NCBI GenBank assembly: GCA_013265495.1
Contig: MU058198.1
Span: forward strand, 1,004,419 to 1,068,418
From: Vicugna vicugna
Taxonomy: Eukaryota
DNA: 64,000 nucleotides
Reading direction: 5' to 3'
The notes beneath the pieces were generated by a model. That model was given only the letters and a program-made list of their open reading frames with translations, ran no database searches and was not told the origin of the DNA. The position numbers were made by a program, and so were the translations under genes. Positions 38,701 to 52,180 of the stretch are shown piece by piece (the stretch's first letter is position 1; every line of letters starts with the position of its first letter).

Positions 38701-39830
38701 AAATTAGGATGAGGGTTGGTACCTAAATAAATACCAACTGTTTTTATTGCAGAATTGGACAACAATGAATTCAAGTCTTTCCAAGAGGGAGATAAACATA
38801 CAAACTCAGGCTTTAATACTTCAGAATACTCTTGATAAAGATAAATTTGAAATCTCTAAAGTATAGACTTCAAGAGAGGTTCAGGGGGCCATGCTTCCAC
38901 TATCTCTTGCATGCCCTGTCCAGCAGACAGTGTACACAAGCATCACTAGAAGTGAGAAATGATGTTTTGATTACATGAATGCACTCTGCCCATCCCCTCT
39001 CCCCAGATACAGGGCTCTCGAGTAAAAACTGGAATGAGAACACAAACTGGGGGTTCCTAGTCCCTTTATCCCCAACCTGAAGGCAGCTAGTTGGTCGATG
39101 CAAGGTAGGTGCGACTTACAACCCGGGCTCATGCATACAGTCAAGGAAACACAGACATCCTGGCTGGTGGGGAGTGATGCTTCCTACTTGCAGATAGAAG
39201 AGGAGAGGTGGGTCTGCAGCGATGAAGTGCTGATATCTGAGAAAAGCAAATACAGCAGCAAGGTGGGTGTGCTGGGCATTATGCAGTAGCCGTGGCTGTT
39301 AACACGGGTACCTGCCCACTAGGTAAACAGGCTCTCCCTGAGCCAAGGAGCAAGTAATGGAACAGAATGGACATGAAGCTCTCTACCCAGAATTTCCTGG
39401 CAAAGGGTGGAGGAGAGAAGGGGAAACAACTCTCTCTTAAAAACAAAACAAAAACATTTTAATGCAAAGCAGTTTTATGACCTTTGCGAGCCAAACCCAA
39501 ATTAACATAGTGTTGCTAAGTAGAGAGTCTTTCCTGCTGGGTGTTCTATAATGAATAAACACCATTCATTTGTAATTAGCAGCACCCAGCTGTATAAGGG
39601 CAATTAATATGCTAACACGAATTAAAACAGTAGGTCTCCTTAAGAAGGCAAACATCAAGGTTTTCTTGGTTTACTCCTGTTTGCCTTCTGTGATTCTGAA
39701 GTTGCAGGGAGTCTTTTCCTTGGCTCTTTGTTTTGAATGCACACCCGTGTGTGGAACATCAAGCTTTCTGTAATGCAGGGGCATTGCCAGGGAGTGCGGT
39801 GCCACAGGCCACCCTCCCTTCTGCACCCTC

Positions 39831-40155
39831 GAGCTTTTATTGTCTATCCCGAGATGCTACTGGCTCCTGTACCTGGAACATCCAGGAGAAGAGTCGAGCT
39901 TTTATTGTCTATCCCGAGATGCTACTGGCTCCTGTACCTGGAACATCCAGGAGAAGAGTCGAGCTTTTATTGTCTATCCCGAGATGCTACTGGCTCCTGT
40001 ACCTGGAACATCCAGGAGAAGAGTCGAGCTTTTATTGTCTATCCCGAGATGCTACTGGCTCCTGTACCTGGAACATCCAGGAGAAGAGTCGAGCTTTTAT
40101 TGTCTATCCCGAGATGCTACTGGCTCCTGTACCTGGAACATCCAGGAGAAGATTC
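39831..40155. repeat. Minisatellite, 5 x 65 bp
   Basis: Unit gagcttttattgtctatcccgagatgctactggctcctgtacctggaacatccaggagaagagtc starts at 39831, 39896, 39961, 40026 and 40091. Copies 1-4 are identical; copy 5 has one G>T at 40153. Confidence 0.99.
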
Positions 40156-42174
40156 CTCTCAAGTTTTGCTTTGGTGTCATTAACCACTGGTGATTTGTTC
40201 TTGCCTCTTTGCAGAAAGGGTCCTAAGTAATGTATTATGGGGGGAAAGCTTGGATTCCCCAAAGTCCTTTAACGCCCTCACTGGGAATGCTTTGGGAAGC
40301 TGACCTCCCCCAGGGCAGCAGCGAGAGGCAAGCTGGAAGTTAGCTCTGCCATCCTTCCAAGGGGAATCAGAGGGTTTGAGGTTGCAAGCATCTCTTATCT
40401 TTGGGGTAGAGCTGGACCAGTCTCACCAGCTTCTGACGTCAGCAGCTCATAGGACATTAATCAGCTACGAAGCCGGACCCCTGAAGTCCTTCCCCAGGAG
40501 TCCTGGGGAACTGTTTCTTTAAAAAGATGCAATTTTCAGATGTCTGAGCTTTCATAAGAACACATGCCCTGCCGGTGTCAAGAGGAGCCTATAATCTTAT
40601 TTTCACCCTCCATTTGTTGGGCCAATCCTTTTTTACAGCATGCAGGGAAACTTCAATTTTGGTCAAAGTGTCATGAATTCTGAATTACGGTAAAAGCATC
40701 CAAATCAATGAGTCGCTCTGGCCCAGCCACGATGTGGCCGGTGAGGTGAAGGGAGAAATTTCATCACTGCGGGGGGACTTCAGCCTCCGCAGCTTGATGT
40801 CGCTGGGGAAGAAACCAACACCGTGGGGACTGCAGATGTGACTTGCAGTCCCACCTCTGCCACTTAGGAGCTGTGTGCCACCGGGCAACAAATTTAGCTC
40901 CTCGAGCCTCAGTTTCCTGAGGATGACATGTCCTGCCACGAAGGATGCTGTGCAGCTGCACTTTGCCAGGGACATCGAAGAAAGCTCAATAAATAGCTCT
41001 AATTATTGCGAGAGGTAGCCAGGCACAGTGGTGTGGGCTTTTGGAGTCAAACTGACCTGGATTCAAGGCCTGATTGTTCTTATTAGCGCTGTGTCCTTCG
41101 GCACCGATTTAACCTCCCCGAGAGTCAGTGTCTTCACGTGCTAGCTGGGGATGATACATCATACTTCACAGTGCTATCGGGGGATACTTGAAATTATATA
41201 TTCAGAAACGTCAAGCTTGGTTCCTGAAATAGTCATAGGTGCTTGATAAACCTGGGCTTCCTTTGCCTACTGGTTTTAGAGAAGCCAAGTAGCAGAGTGG
41301 GGTGGGGAGACAAGGCTTGGAATCTTGGCTACGTCCCTGACGAGCTGTTTAATCCAGGGCCAGCTAATTTCTACGAGCCCCAGTTTCCTCCTCTGTAAAC
41401 AGGAGAGCAAATATTATCGATGGTGGGGTGAAATGGGAAAATGTGGTTAGTGTGTGGCACATGGCGAGAGCTGCTCACATTCACTGAGCGCTTGCTCTGT
41501 ACCAGAGCCTGGTCTAAGTCATTTACGTATGTCAATTCATTAAGTCTGCATAAAAATCTTGACAGCGTGATTAGGTCTGTTTTACAAATAAGGAGATGGG
41601 AGTTAAATAAAGGTAATCTGGCTCCAGATCCCAAATCCTTAACCATTGGGTTCTATGAGTTTGTTCCTGTCTTGCCACCTTTAGAGATTCATAAATGGAT
41701 TTGGAAGGGAATTAACAAGAAGGAGCTCTCTGGCCACACTGAGTCACTGCACTGTGGTCTGGCTGCAGGCGGCGCCTTCCTGGTGTGAGCAGGGCACCTT
41801 TTAAAGGCCAGTGCTGAAGACTGGGCTCGGAGCGCCCAGGCCTGGGAAGAGAGGCTTTCTACCTAAGGTCACACAGTGTGCAGAATCTCTAAGTTTGGCA
41901 GACGGGTAAATGGCAGGGAGACAAGGTTTCGGGAGTACTTCCCAGAAGTCACAGTGGGATAAAAGTGGGGAGAATGGAGGCAAGAAGAACTCAGAGTCAT
42001 GTCCCCCAGGTTTTCAAAGAGCAGGGGTTCCAGGAAGCGGGAACTACTGGGCAGTCTCTTCAGGGAACCTCTGGATGAATCTGAAAGGATGGGTTTTTAT
42101 TTCTCTCCATCCTGAGAGAGTCCAGTTGGCTTGGATCAAATGGGAGGGGCAGCCTGCGTTGATTGACATCTGCA

Positions 42175-42562
42175 GTGTAATAATCGGGAAAGGCCAGCTA
42201 TGCTACAGTGACAACCCCCTTAATACTGCTCCCGCCCCCAAATCTTAGTGGCTTAATCTTTAATGGCTTATTTCCTACTCAGGACTCAGGGCTTCTGGCC
42301 TCCTCCATCATGTGACCCTGCCATCTTCAACATGGAGCCATTATGGTTGTCACAGAGGGGGGGAAAAGAGAATGTGGGTGGCCACTTGGGGTCTGGGGGA
42401 CTATACCTGGAGGTAGCATCCATCACCACTATACACTTTCCATTGACAGAACATAGTCATATGATTTCAACCTCACAGCAAAGGCAGCTGGGAAATGTAG
42501 TCTCTTTTTGTGCCAAGAAAGAGGAAATGGATAGGGGAAATATCCAGCCATTTTCTGCCGCA
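42175..42562 (-). mobile_element. Old MLT1 LTR
   Basis: 'cccaaatcttagtggcttaa...gcttatttcctactc...ccattgacagaacatagtcatatg...ctgggaaatgtagtct'. Confidence 0.65.
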
Positions 42563-43307
42563 CCCACCAGCAATGTGCACAATGGGGGAGTTCTTTTGCA
42601 AAAAGAAATCATGGCTTTGCTACGCAAAGCACAGGAATGCTAGGTAGGCAGAAACAAGATAAGGGAATCTAGGAGGGTTTCCTGGTGGAGGTGGTGCTTA
42701 AGCTTCAATAATAGGCAGTAGCTAAGTGAAGAGGAAGGAACAGAAGCATCCATCCCAGAGGGAGTGAATAGCATGCAAGAAGCCCAGATGAGGGAGAAAA
42801 CGTTTCCCTTCCCTGCAGGGAATGTGTTTGGTGCTTCGTGGCTGGTATACAGAGTTGGGAAGGATTAGAGACATGACTAGAGGGCAGGTCATGAGGGCTA
42901 AGAAGATCCTGTAAAGAGAAGGGGCTTTACTGCAAGAGCAATAGGGGGCCACAGGAGAATTCAGGAATGGAGTGGCACGCTCAGATTTGCAATTCAGAAG
43001 GAACCCTTGGCTCCAGTGAGTTTCACAGGCGCAGGGTGGTAGGAAGCTGACAAGACTCTCACCTTCACTTGTCTTAGCTGAGTGATGCTGGATGAGTGCA
43101 GATCTAAAGTGGGACACAAGCCCTCCTTTGAATGCATCACTTTTAGAAAGCTTGACCTCACAAACTAGAGGCACATGTCTAGTATCTGGTTCACAGACAT
43201 GTCCTGTTCGACCCACAGAAAGATTTTTTAAGTGTATTTTTAAATTTTGAAACAGTCAACAGCATTTATGAATTAGGAGATTTCACCTAAACATCCAGAT
43301 GTCCAGA

Positions 43308-43689
43308 TATATTAGTTTGTCTGGGCTGCCATAACAAAATGCCACAGACTAGGTGGCTTAAGCAACAGAAATTTATTTTCAGGCTGTTCTAGTGGCTGGA
43401 AGTCCAAGATCAAGGTGCCAGCAGGGTTGGTTTCTGGTGAGGTTTCTCCTCCGCTGCTTGCAGAAGGCTGCCTCCTAGCTGTGTCCTTGCATGGCCTTTT
43501 CTCTGTGCATAGACGTTTCCTGGGGTCTCTTCCTCTTCTTATGACACCAGTTCTCCTGGATGAGGGACTCACCCTTATGATTTCATTTAACCTTAATTAC
43601 TTCCTTAAACAGCTCTAGCTCCAAATACAGTCATGTTGAGAGTTAGGGCCTTCAACCTATGAATATCACCCTAATTTCAGTTCACAACG
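43308..43689 (-). mobile_element. MaLR solo LTR (MLT1A/B-like)
   Basis: 'ctgggctgccataacaaaatgccacagactaggtggcttaagcaacagaaatttatt...gtccaagatcaaggtgccagcagggttggtttctggtgagg'; perfect 5-bp TSD ccaga at 43303-43307 and 43690-43694. Confidence 0.9.
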
Positions 43690-43704
43690 CCAGATTTCAG
43701 TTAT

Positions 43705-44220
43705 CCATTGAACAAATGTTTATTGAGCACTTATTACATACCAGGCATGGTTCCAGATACTTAGAATATGGTAGTAAATAAAATAAAACCTGCCCTTGTG
43801 GGTGATACAGGTGATGGATGACAACTGCTTTAGGAAAAAACAGAAAGTAAAGCAAGGAAGATGGCCCCGGAGGGCTGGGCTGTGGGGAAGGCAGATGGCC
43901 AGAGGGTAGTTAGTTAGAGCGGATCTCATTGAGAGAGTGTAGATTAGAGCCAAGATCTGAAGGTGGTACGGGAATGAGCCATGGGGATGTCTAGGGCAAG
44001 AGTTGCCAGGCAGCATGTGCAAAGGCCCTGAGATACGAGTGTGGCTGGTGTGCTTGAGGATCAGCAGAGATGCCAGAATGCCTGGAACAGAGTAAGTGGG
44101 TTAGGGGTGGTGGGAAATGGGACCACGGAAATGAGTGGGGGAGGAGGGGTAGATCATGAGGGTCTTATAAGCTTTTATCCGGACTTTAGCTTTTACTTTG
44201 GGTAAAATGGGAAGCCTGCT
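43705..44220 (-). mobile_element. L2 LINE 3' fragment
   Basis: 'aacaaatgtttattgagcactta...ccaggcatggttc', 'gcaaaggccctgag', 'ggactttagcttttactttgggtaaaatgggaagcc'. Confidence 0.8.
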
Positions 44221-45154
44221 CTCCTAAAAAAATCAGAAGTCTGCACTACACTGGACGCAGTTCCTGCAGGGCCATGGCAGCTGGAGGTCAGTATCAGCTT
44301 TTTCTTTAGCATTTTCCCTCCTGTTTGCCAGTCTCTGCTACTCCTGCTACACCCATCCTGGTGTGCTTCATTCACGTGTGTTTCTTGTATGGCCCCTGAA
44401 GGCATTTAAAGACACAGTTCCTGTTTTGCAGATTAATGTGTCTAGGGCAATGGCATTCTTAGGAATTCCTCTGAGTGAAAACTTGGTTCTGGTTTGCAGA
44501 GAAAACACATGCATCAAGGGGCCCTGCTCGTCTGGATGGATGCTGGCTGGATCACAAGTCATTAGAGGCAAATTGAGTCTACTGTGGAAAGATTTATCAT
44601 GACCCCCACCTTGTCAACTTGCCTCATACTTCAGAGACTCCTCCCACACGCTGTCTTGGAATCACTTGACACTGATGTGAGGCTGAATTAAAAGAACACC
44701 ACATGCCGGCTTCCCTCCACTGAGGATGGATGAGTTGGCCTGGGCTGGGAAGAGGACATGGGATTCCCCAGTTTCCTTAGCAAGGCTGGTTGAACTGGAA
44801 TGTTTCCAGGGCTGGGGCTGCGTACGGGCACTGGGAAAGCTGCACGTCTTAGGATGGAACGCTTTAAAGTGGACATGCCTTCCCATGGTGTAGCTCTGGG
44901 TTCATCTCAGTGGAAGCAGAGGACGCTGGAAGACTTCCCACTGCTATGTCCTGGGCCTGGGCCCAGCCTCCTGGGTGTTGGAATGAAGGTTGGGGAGGGG
45001 GCATGATCATAGAGGAGATGAACCTGAACTGCAAATATTGGTCAGATCCCTGGTCCTCAGCAATGGCGTGAGGTAGGGACTTCTGCATCCGTCATCAGAG
45101 TAATGGTGTACAGGTGATGATTTAAATGAGATAATGGGATATTTCCAAGACTTT

Positions 45155-45211
45155 AGCCAATGGTTCTCAGCTGTGTGTCTTTTTAGAATAAAGTCAAGAA
45201 CATTATATATA

Positions 45212-45253
<42 letters not shown>

Positions 45254-45378
45254 ATATATGGATGCTTTAGCTCCATCTCAGGCCCATCAAACCAGAATCT
45301 ATGGTGGTGCAGCATGGATCCATATTTTTAAACTTCCAGATGATTCTAAAATGTAGCCAGGGCAGAAAACCAGCACTT
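45155..45378. mobile_element. MER5-like element with internal (TG)n at about 45217-45247
   Basis: 'caatggttctcagctgtg...ccagaatct...tattttta..cttccagatgattcta...gccagggcagaaaaccagc'. Confidence 0.6.
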
Positions 45379-48029
45379 TGGTCCTGCAGGCACCATTTTT
45401 GTGATTTTTGTTACGTCTGACTCCCAAACAAAAGCAAAAACAAAATGCTGTTTCCAAATTTTAGCTATTTGCCATTGCTCTCCAAAGTCTGTGAGTCCAG
45501 GGCTAACTTGGTTAGAGAGGGAGATGAGCAAATGTCAGAGGGCACCAAACTTATGCTCTCCTTTCATGTAACCAAGAACCAAGACAATTTAAAAGAGGAC
45601 ACCCTTCTCACTGCCTGCTCCAGCGGGCGCTACTTGATTCCACGGCCAGGAGCGCCCTCCTGCCACCTCCGTGTGTGCCCGTCACCAGACGGGTGAGCCC
45701 TACACTGAGGGAAAACATGAAAGGACGCGTCTGCCTGGTGCCCTGGTGAGAGTCCTGACTTTCCTTCCCTCTTTCCTTTCCCTCCTTCTTCCTTCTCCTT
45801 GCTTTTCTTTCTCTCTCTCTCCTTTTCTTTTCCTTGGGTTTCATCTTTCCCCTCCCTCTTCCCTTTCTTCCTCAAATTTCACAGGATCACCTAGAAGTGC
45901 CTGCAACTTCCTCTCCTTCCCTCCTCTGCACACATTACCCACCTCCCAGCCCTCAAAGCACACGTCAGAGGAAGGCTCTCTCCTGCTCAAAAACCCCAGT
46001 GACCCCAGGCCTGCTCTTACCCTGGTGCTTGCGCCCTGTCCTACCTACCACCCCCTCCAGGACTCTCCCGCTGGCCAGTGAGGTGGGGCTGCCTCCGAGC
46101 CCACGTGGTTCCCTTTGTCCGTTCACTCTTGCTGTTTCATCTGCCCGAATGCCCACCCTCCCGCATCCCTAACTGTCCTGACAGTGCTGGATCTGGGAAG
46201 CCTTCCCGGGCTCCCTCTGTGAGCTGCCTTGAGCACTTCATCTCAAAGCTTGTGTGGCCTTCCTGCCTTCTGTCCTATTGGGTTTGAGGTAGAGGGCTTG
46301 GTGGGGGGCGGGGGGTCGTGCTCTGCAGCTACAATGCCTGGTTCCTCTTTCTGCCTCTGCCCCTTGCTGACTGTGATTCTGGGCAAGTCACTGAAATTTT
46401 GTATCTCATGTTCCCCATTTGTGAAGTGGGGATAATAATTGCACCTACTCCACGGGGCAGTGGTGTAGACTAAGTGAGTTAACGCACGAAGTCCAGCACA
46501 GTGATCACCACACGTGACAGTTTGTGCACATGTCTACTTCCTCGGAGCGCTTGTCCTGAGCAGAATCATGACCTGCTCCAGCAACACGCCACCCTGCTCG
46601 GCGCCAGGCCCAGCACAGATGCACATGCTGGAGTAGGGGCCCAAGGAGGATGAAAGAGACTCAATCCCCGAGGCCATGGCAAAGGCAGATGTGGCAGCTA
46701 GTTTTTTCTCACCGTTGTGGATTCTACCCGGCTGCCTCCCTCAAAACTCCTTTCACAAGGTGACGAGGCATCATGAGGACATCTGGGCATCATTTAGATG
46801 GCACAGCAGACGAGTAAGTTGTCTTACTGAAAAGCCTCCTCTTGTGTGTCATTTTTCAGGAATCCCAGCGACTCATATGTCTCCGGGATGCCCGTTGGTT
46901 GATAGGGTTGGGTGGTCCCTGCTTCTCCTGGGCCCAGATAACTCATCCAGGGCCCCAGATCCTTCCTCCTCTGTGCTGGCTAGAGAAGCAATTTCTATCT
47001 CTGAGGATAGTCTGCCTAAGGCAGGAGCCAGCCTACCCTTTCTCCTTGGCTGTTTGGAGATAAATAAATGACAAGGAGGAAGTCGCCACACAGCAGAGGA
47101 GCCGAAGCCAGCAGGTCTTGGAGCCTGGTGGGACGGAGACAATGCTAAACCCGGGGTGAGAAGTGGTCGGGAAACCTCTGTCTTACGGAAGCGCCTGTGG
47201 ATTTTGGGGGTGGATTGGCAGCTGTCAGCTCCCACCGTGACATCCCAAGTCCCTGGGAAATAGGAAGAGGAAGGATCCTCATGTACCCCTTCCTGTGTGA
47301 CATCCTTCGCTTAATTCGATTCTCACAACATGTGTTAGGGCATATTTTCCACACTTAAGTAAGTAGAAATGGAAGCTAGAGAGGTTAAGTGACCTTCCCA
47401 GGGTCACTCATCTCGTAAAGAGGAGGGCTGATATTCTAATTCACATCTAATTCTCTTTCTACCATTTCACGCTACCAGGAGAGACAAAGAAAAGGAGTTG
47501 CCACCTGATGAGTCACGGTAAGTAGGATGTTCTGAGGCTTCCTCCACGGCCACGACCGCCATCTGACCTTTAGTGGGCACTTACTACAGGTGCTGTGTGC
47601 AGAGTATCCATCAGTACATTCCATCCACACCTCACCCTGGGAGGCAGGCAGCATTACGCCCACTTCACATCGAAGGAAAATGAGGCTCCCGGTGGTGAGG
47701 CAACAAAGCCGGGTCCATCTGGGTTCTTTTCATCATGTCACGTCCTGAACTGCTTTACCCTCTGTTCGTTGGAAGCTTTGGGGGATGTAATTTTATCTCT
47801 GCTCGTGATTGTCTTGGAGGTCTCTTAGCACAGGGCCAGGAAGAGCCCCAGAGGACCTACCTTTCACACCAAGCTTCATGGGACTCCAGGGGTCCGGAGA
47901 GGTGTCCCAGGTGGCAAGGAGAGGGGGACGAGTGTAGCAGAGCTCTGGGATCCTGAGTCAAAACAGCCAAAGCTGCTGCTCCGTCATCTGCCATGTCAAC
48001 GCCCCACTGCAGTTGGGGAAGGTGTCCCA

Positions 48030-48272
48030 GAGTACAGCATGGTTGAAAGCAAGCATCAGACAGCCCTGGTCCAAGTTCTTGCTCTCCACGCACTAGCCTG
48101 AGCAAGTGACCTTGGGCAGGGCTCTTAATCTCTCTGTGTCTCAGGTTTATCAACTATAAAATGGAGAAGATAAGAACAGAACCCATTTTACAGGCTTCTT
48201 CTGAGAATTAAATGTGATGGCACGTGGAACTGTTCAGCCTGGAACATAGTACATACCAATAAATGCTAGTTT
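48030..48272 (+). mobile_element. MIR SINE
   Basis: 'gtacagcatggttgaaagca...gtgaccttgggcagg..cttaatctctctgtgtctcag...caataaatgctag'. Confidence 0.8.
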
Positions 48273-48499
48273 CTCTCCTCCCCACGCCTCATTCTACTTA
48301 ATCCAAAATGTTGCTTTGGGCAAACACTCATTTTCCAAAAAGGATGGAAAAGATTCTGAATCATTTATTCATCCATCCAATCGGCCATCCACCTGCCTTA
48401 ACTATAGTTTGAACACCTACTGTGTGCCTACTACTCTGCCAGGGGTTGAGTCATAAGAGTGAAGTGGGGGCAGGGTGCAGAATGGTCTATGCTCTTGGC

Positions 48500-48606
48500 C
48501 CATAGACCTGTTCATCCATTTATCCACCTGCCCACTTGTCTGTACATCCATCCATCCATCTATCCTTCCATCCATTCATCCATCCATCCATCCATCCATC
48601 CATCCA
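48500..48606. repeat. (CATC)n microsatellite
   Basis: Directly visible. Confidence 0.9.
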
Positions 48607-49334
48607 ACAGCTATTCACTAAGTTCTTACCACGTGTCAGGCAACATGCAGGTAACTGCTTGGGTTTTTCACCATATCTTGGGCTTGCTTTTAAGTTTTCA
48701 TCCCTTCCCATGCCAACTGACCTTACCTGTCTTCTCAGCCTTGGCTCTAGCACCTTATATGCCCTCCCAGTGTGCTGGGTAGCATGCAGTGGACAGGCTG
48801 CCAATAGAGAGGGCGAGAGGTCTGCTACCCTAGTGGATGTGGAGTATGGTATGGACCTCATCATAGGCGCTTCCATGGTATGTTATTTTGTTTTACATTT
48901 TGTTGTAGTGCATAACCCCAGCTCTCATTCTAAATGTCCTTTTGAATATAGGAAAAAAGAATATGTCCTAAACACAGAACAAGGGGCATCTCTGATGAGT
49001 GGGGATGTATGAAGACTGGGATGTGATGCCCACTGCATCGCACAGAATGACAGGTTTTGCAGGCTCTCCTCTCTCTGCCGTCTCTCTCTCCATGTGTATA
49101 TGTATGTTAGTGACATAGCCACATTGGTATGAGTGCTTTGTGTGCAGATATATGTACAAATGGATAGGCAAGCATGCATAGGATTGCAGTCCATCCACAT
49201 TTGGGTGTGTGTGACTGTATATATATCATGCATGTATCATGATCCTGTGCGTGCATTGCTATACAAGTGTTTCTCTCCTAGCTAGTATGTTTATGTGTGA
49301 GTATGGGTACATGAGCAGCTCCATCCATGAGTAC

Positions 49335-49790
49335 GAAAAAGAGACTGCCAGTTGTTCTCCACCTCCATCACTTTATTCCTCTATGGTAACAGAATTTTTG
49401 CTAAAAATGTGGCTTCTCTGAATAAAGGTTGCTTTTCAGCCTCCCCTGCATTGTGGCCATTGACTAAGTTCTGATCAATAGGGTGTGAGCCCAAGTGATG
49501 TGAGCAACTTCTCATCAGGCCTCTCCCCGTTCGTCTCGTGTCCCCATTCTCACTGGTTGGGATGCAGACATGGAGACGGGCTCTCTTGGACCACACAGCC
49601 CCCTGTGTGTAGAACAACAGCAACACGATGGGAGATCCTGGGCCTCAGGCACTCTGGAGCCTTCCTCCTGGCCCTGAACTGCTTATGTCCAGACTGTTTC
49701 AGGAGACGATGATGAACTTCTTATTTAAGCCACCTTCTTTCGGGTCTCGGTTCTAGCAGCTGCAGACACCGTGCTAGTTATATCTTAACA
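49335..49790 (+). mobile_element. Old MLT1 LTR
   Basis: 'cagcctcccctgcattgtggccattgactaagttctg.tcaat', 'aacttcttatttaagccac'. Confidence 0.6.
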
Positions 49791-50994
49791 CAATGTGCGT
49801 ATATGTGTGCAGTTCTAGTGAAGGTAATTTCTTCCCCGTAGAGTTTGAATGTCTCAAATTAGATCGCTGCATGTTACCTGCTTAGAAATCTCTGCCTGGA
49901 ATCTTGCAAATTGTTTGGCTTTTTTGGAAAGGGGAAAACGTGAGGTTGAGGACTCAGTGTAGGGCCATTTGAGATGTTCAGAAGAGTAAAAAAGGGATGC
50001 CTTCTAGTTAGAGATCTGACCACTGCCTGTATGACCTCAAACAAGTCCTACTTCCCTCCCAACCAGGCTATGGTTTCTTCCTGCTAGAACGAAGGAATTG
50101 GACTAGGTTATCCGTAGAATGATCCTTCCCAGCTCAGAAGTTTCATTATTAGGAGTTCTCTTGGCTTCTGATTCCTGGTAGTTCTCAGTATATTTCTAAG
50201 AAGATGTACCCAACAGGAAAGCATATGGGTCCTAATGCATCAGGATGGAGGCTGTGGGAGAGAAGTCCTGTAGCCAGCCACATGCCCCTTGGACCTTTGG
50301 CTTCAGATGCTCTGAATAAATGTTGGAAGACTTGCAGATGCATGGCTGCCTTAGCTGAAGATTATTTGCAAAACAGGCATAAATTTGCTCCACAGCGCTA
50401 GGGTACAGAAAACGTCACATTTCTTCACTTTTCTAAGTCAAATAAAATCTAACTCTGAGCCCCCACCCACATGACTGATGACATGTGTCATATCTCCTTG
50501 CTGGGCTGCCTCCCCTACCCCACGGGACTTGATCAAATCCTGGAGACTTATTTTGGTGCCAGCAGGGGCTTGTACTTAGTGGTCTGTTTTGGAAGACGGT
50601 CCCCGTAGTGGGCTCTGTTGAGCTGCGTCTCAGATACAGAGATCTCCCCGTACCTTCAAAGTCATGGTTCCTGGTCATCACCCCCAGGATGCAGGAGCCA
50701 CCCTATTGGAGGTTTGCCTCATTTAGGGCACTGCAGGTCTCCAGCATTCATACCATCTGTCTCTGTCCCAACTCTTGGTCCGAGGAACTCCAGTTCTCCC
50801 CAGGGTGACACTGTTCCTTCCTCCATTCATACCACCTTTTCCCTCTTACTCCTCTGTGGCAACCCCAGCTCAATTCCATGGTTAATCTGACCTGCCCACT
50901 TAAAGACGTGAATGGGGTTTTCTTCAGAAGGACTCCTGGAATTCAAAGAAGCTCTGGCCACTACATTTCCCCCTCAAGACTGGCCTAGACCTTC

Positions 50995-51292
50995 AGCTGA
51001 CATTATCCCAGAGAAATAAAATTTGAGCCACATATGTAACTTAAAATTTTCTAGTAGCCACATTAAAATAATAAAACAAAATGGATAAAACTTATTTTAA
51101 TCATATATTTTTATTTAACCTAATACATCTGCTTGAACATGTAACCAATATTAAATTATTAATGGGCTATTTGACATCTGTGTTTAGACTACACTATTGA
51201 AACATAGAGTGTATTTTATGCTTACAGCACGTCTCAGTTTGGACTAACCACACAGCAAACACACAAGAGCCACATGTGGCTAGTGGCTAACT
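50995..51292. mobile_element. MER33-like (hAT-Charlie)
   Basis: 'gagccacatatgtaacttaaaattttctagtagccacattaaaa...cttacagcacgtctcagtttggacta...gccacatgtggctagtggcta'. Confidence 0.85.
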
Positions 51293-52180
51293 TAGAACAA
51301 TACGTGGAATCTTAGAACAATCAAGCAAAACCAGAAATGTGGCTGTTCTTTTAGGAGGTGGGGAGAAAGAGAAAATTATCTTTTCAATCTTCCTTTTCTC
51401 GAGCAGAGAAACAAGACAGAAATTAATATCTCAATAGATTATCTTGACACGTTGGGTTACAGAGAACAAAAGTCACTCAGAACAACTTAAGCAAAATGGG
51501 AACTCTTTTGGAAGGATACACAGCATCTCACAGAACCCAGGAATGGAAAATGCAGCATTTCAGGAACAGAAAAGCCAGTGGCACCAAAGGCAGATTCTTT
51601 CCATTTTGGTCTCTGTTCCCTTCTCTGAGAGTGTAACTTTCTCTGCTGCAGGACGTCTCTTGTCTTTCTCTCTGTGCTAAGACCTTACTCTTTTCTCTCA
51701 GGGACTGGCTTTCTCCATTCTCCATCTCAGAGAGCAGGCTGACTGGCCCAAGCATGCCCCCGCGGCCCTGAACTTACGTACTGCCCAAGTCCAGTACTTG
51801 TGGACTTGCGCTACCTGACTCAGCCTCTTCACGAGTGCCAATTCCAAATTTGTGAAAGGGAGAATTTGATTGGCTCATCTCAGCCAATGCCTTGGCTTCC
51901 CCTGGTTAGCGTTCTCCCCTTAACCAATCAGCTGGTGCAGGGAGAGGTGGAGTCACTCGCTATAGAAAGAGTTCCAGCATCCCAACCAATGGGTGAGGAG
52001 GCAGTTCTTAGAGAACAGGAATGTAGGTTGGTGAATACCCACAAAGCATCTGCTTCCATGATGAGTCAGGAACTGCAGCCCTAAATGTTCAAAGCTGCTC
52101 ACTTTCTACCCGGTAAAAATCAAGCAGGAATAAAACAGAACCCAGATCTTTGTGTTGGACAAAAATGGCAGCTTAAATAC

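Noticed and set aside
39831..40155. CRISPR-like array
   Set aside because: Units are identical head-to-tail with no variable spacers, there are no cas genes, and the context is mammalian.
39733..40230. Three overlapping + strand ORFs (117-165 aa) with repeated peptides
   Set aside because: A by-product of a 65-bp unit that happens to lack stop triplets on the + strand; no recognisable protein or splice context.
2474..43694. Two MLT1 LTRs both flanked by 'ccaga' TSDs, suggesting one large provirus or target-site preference
   Set aside because: They are different subfamilies about 40 kb apart and each has its own TSD pair; a 5-bp coincidence.
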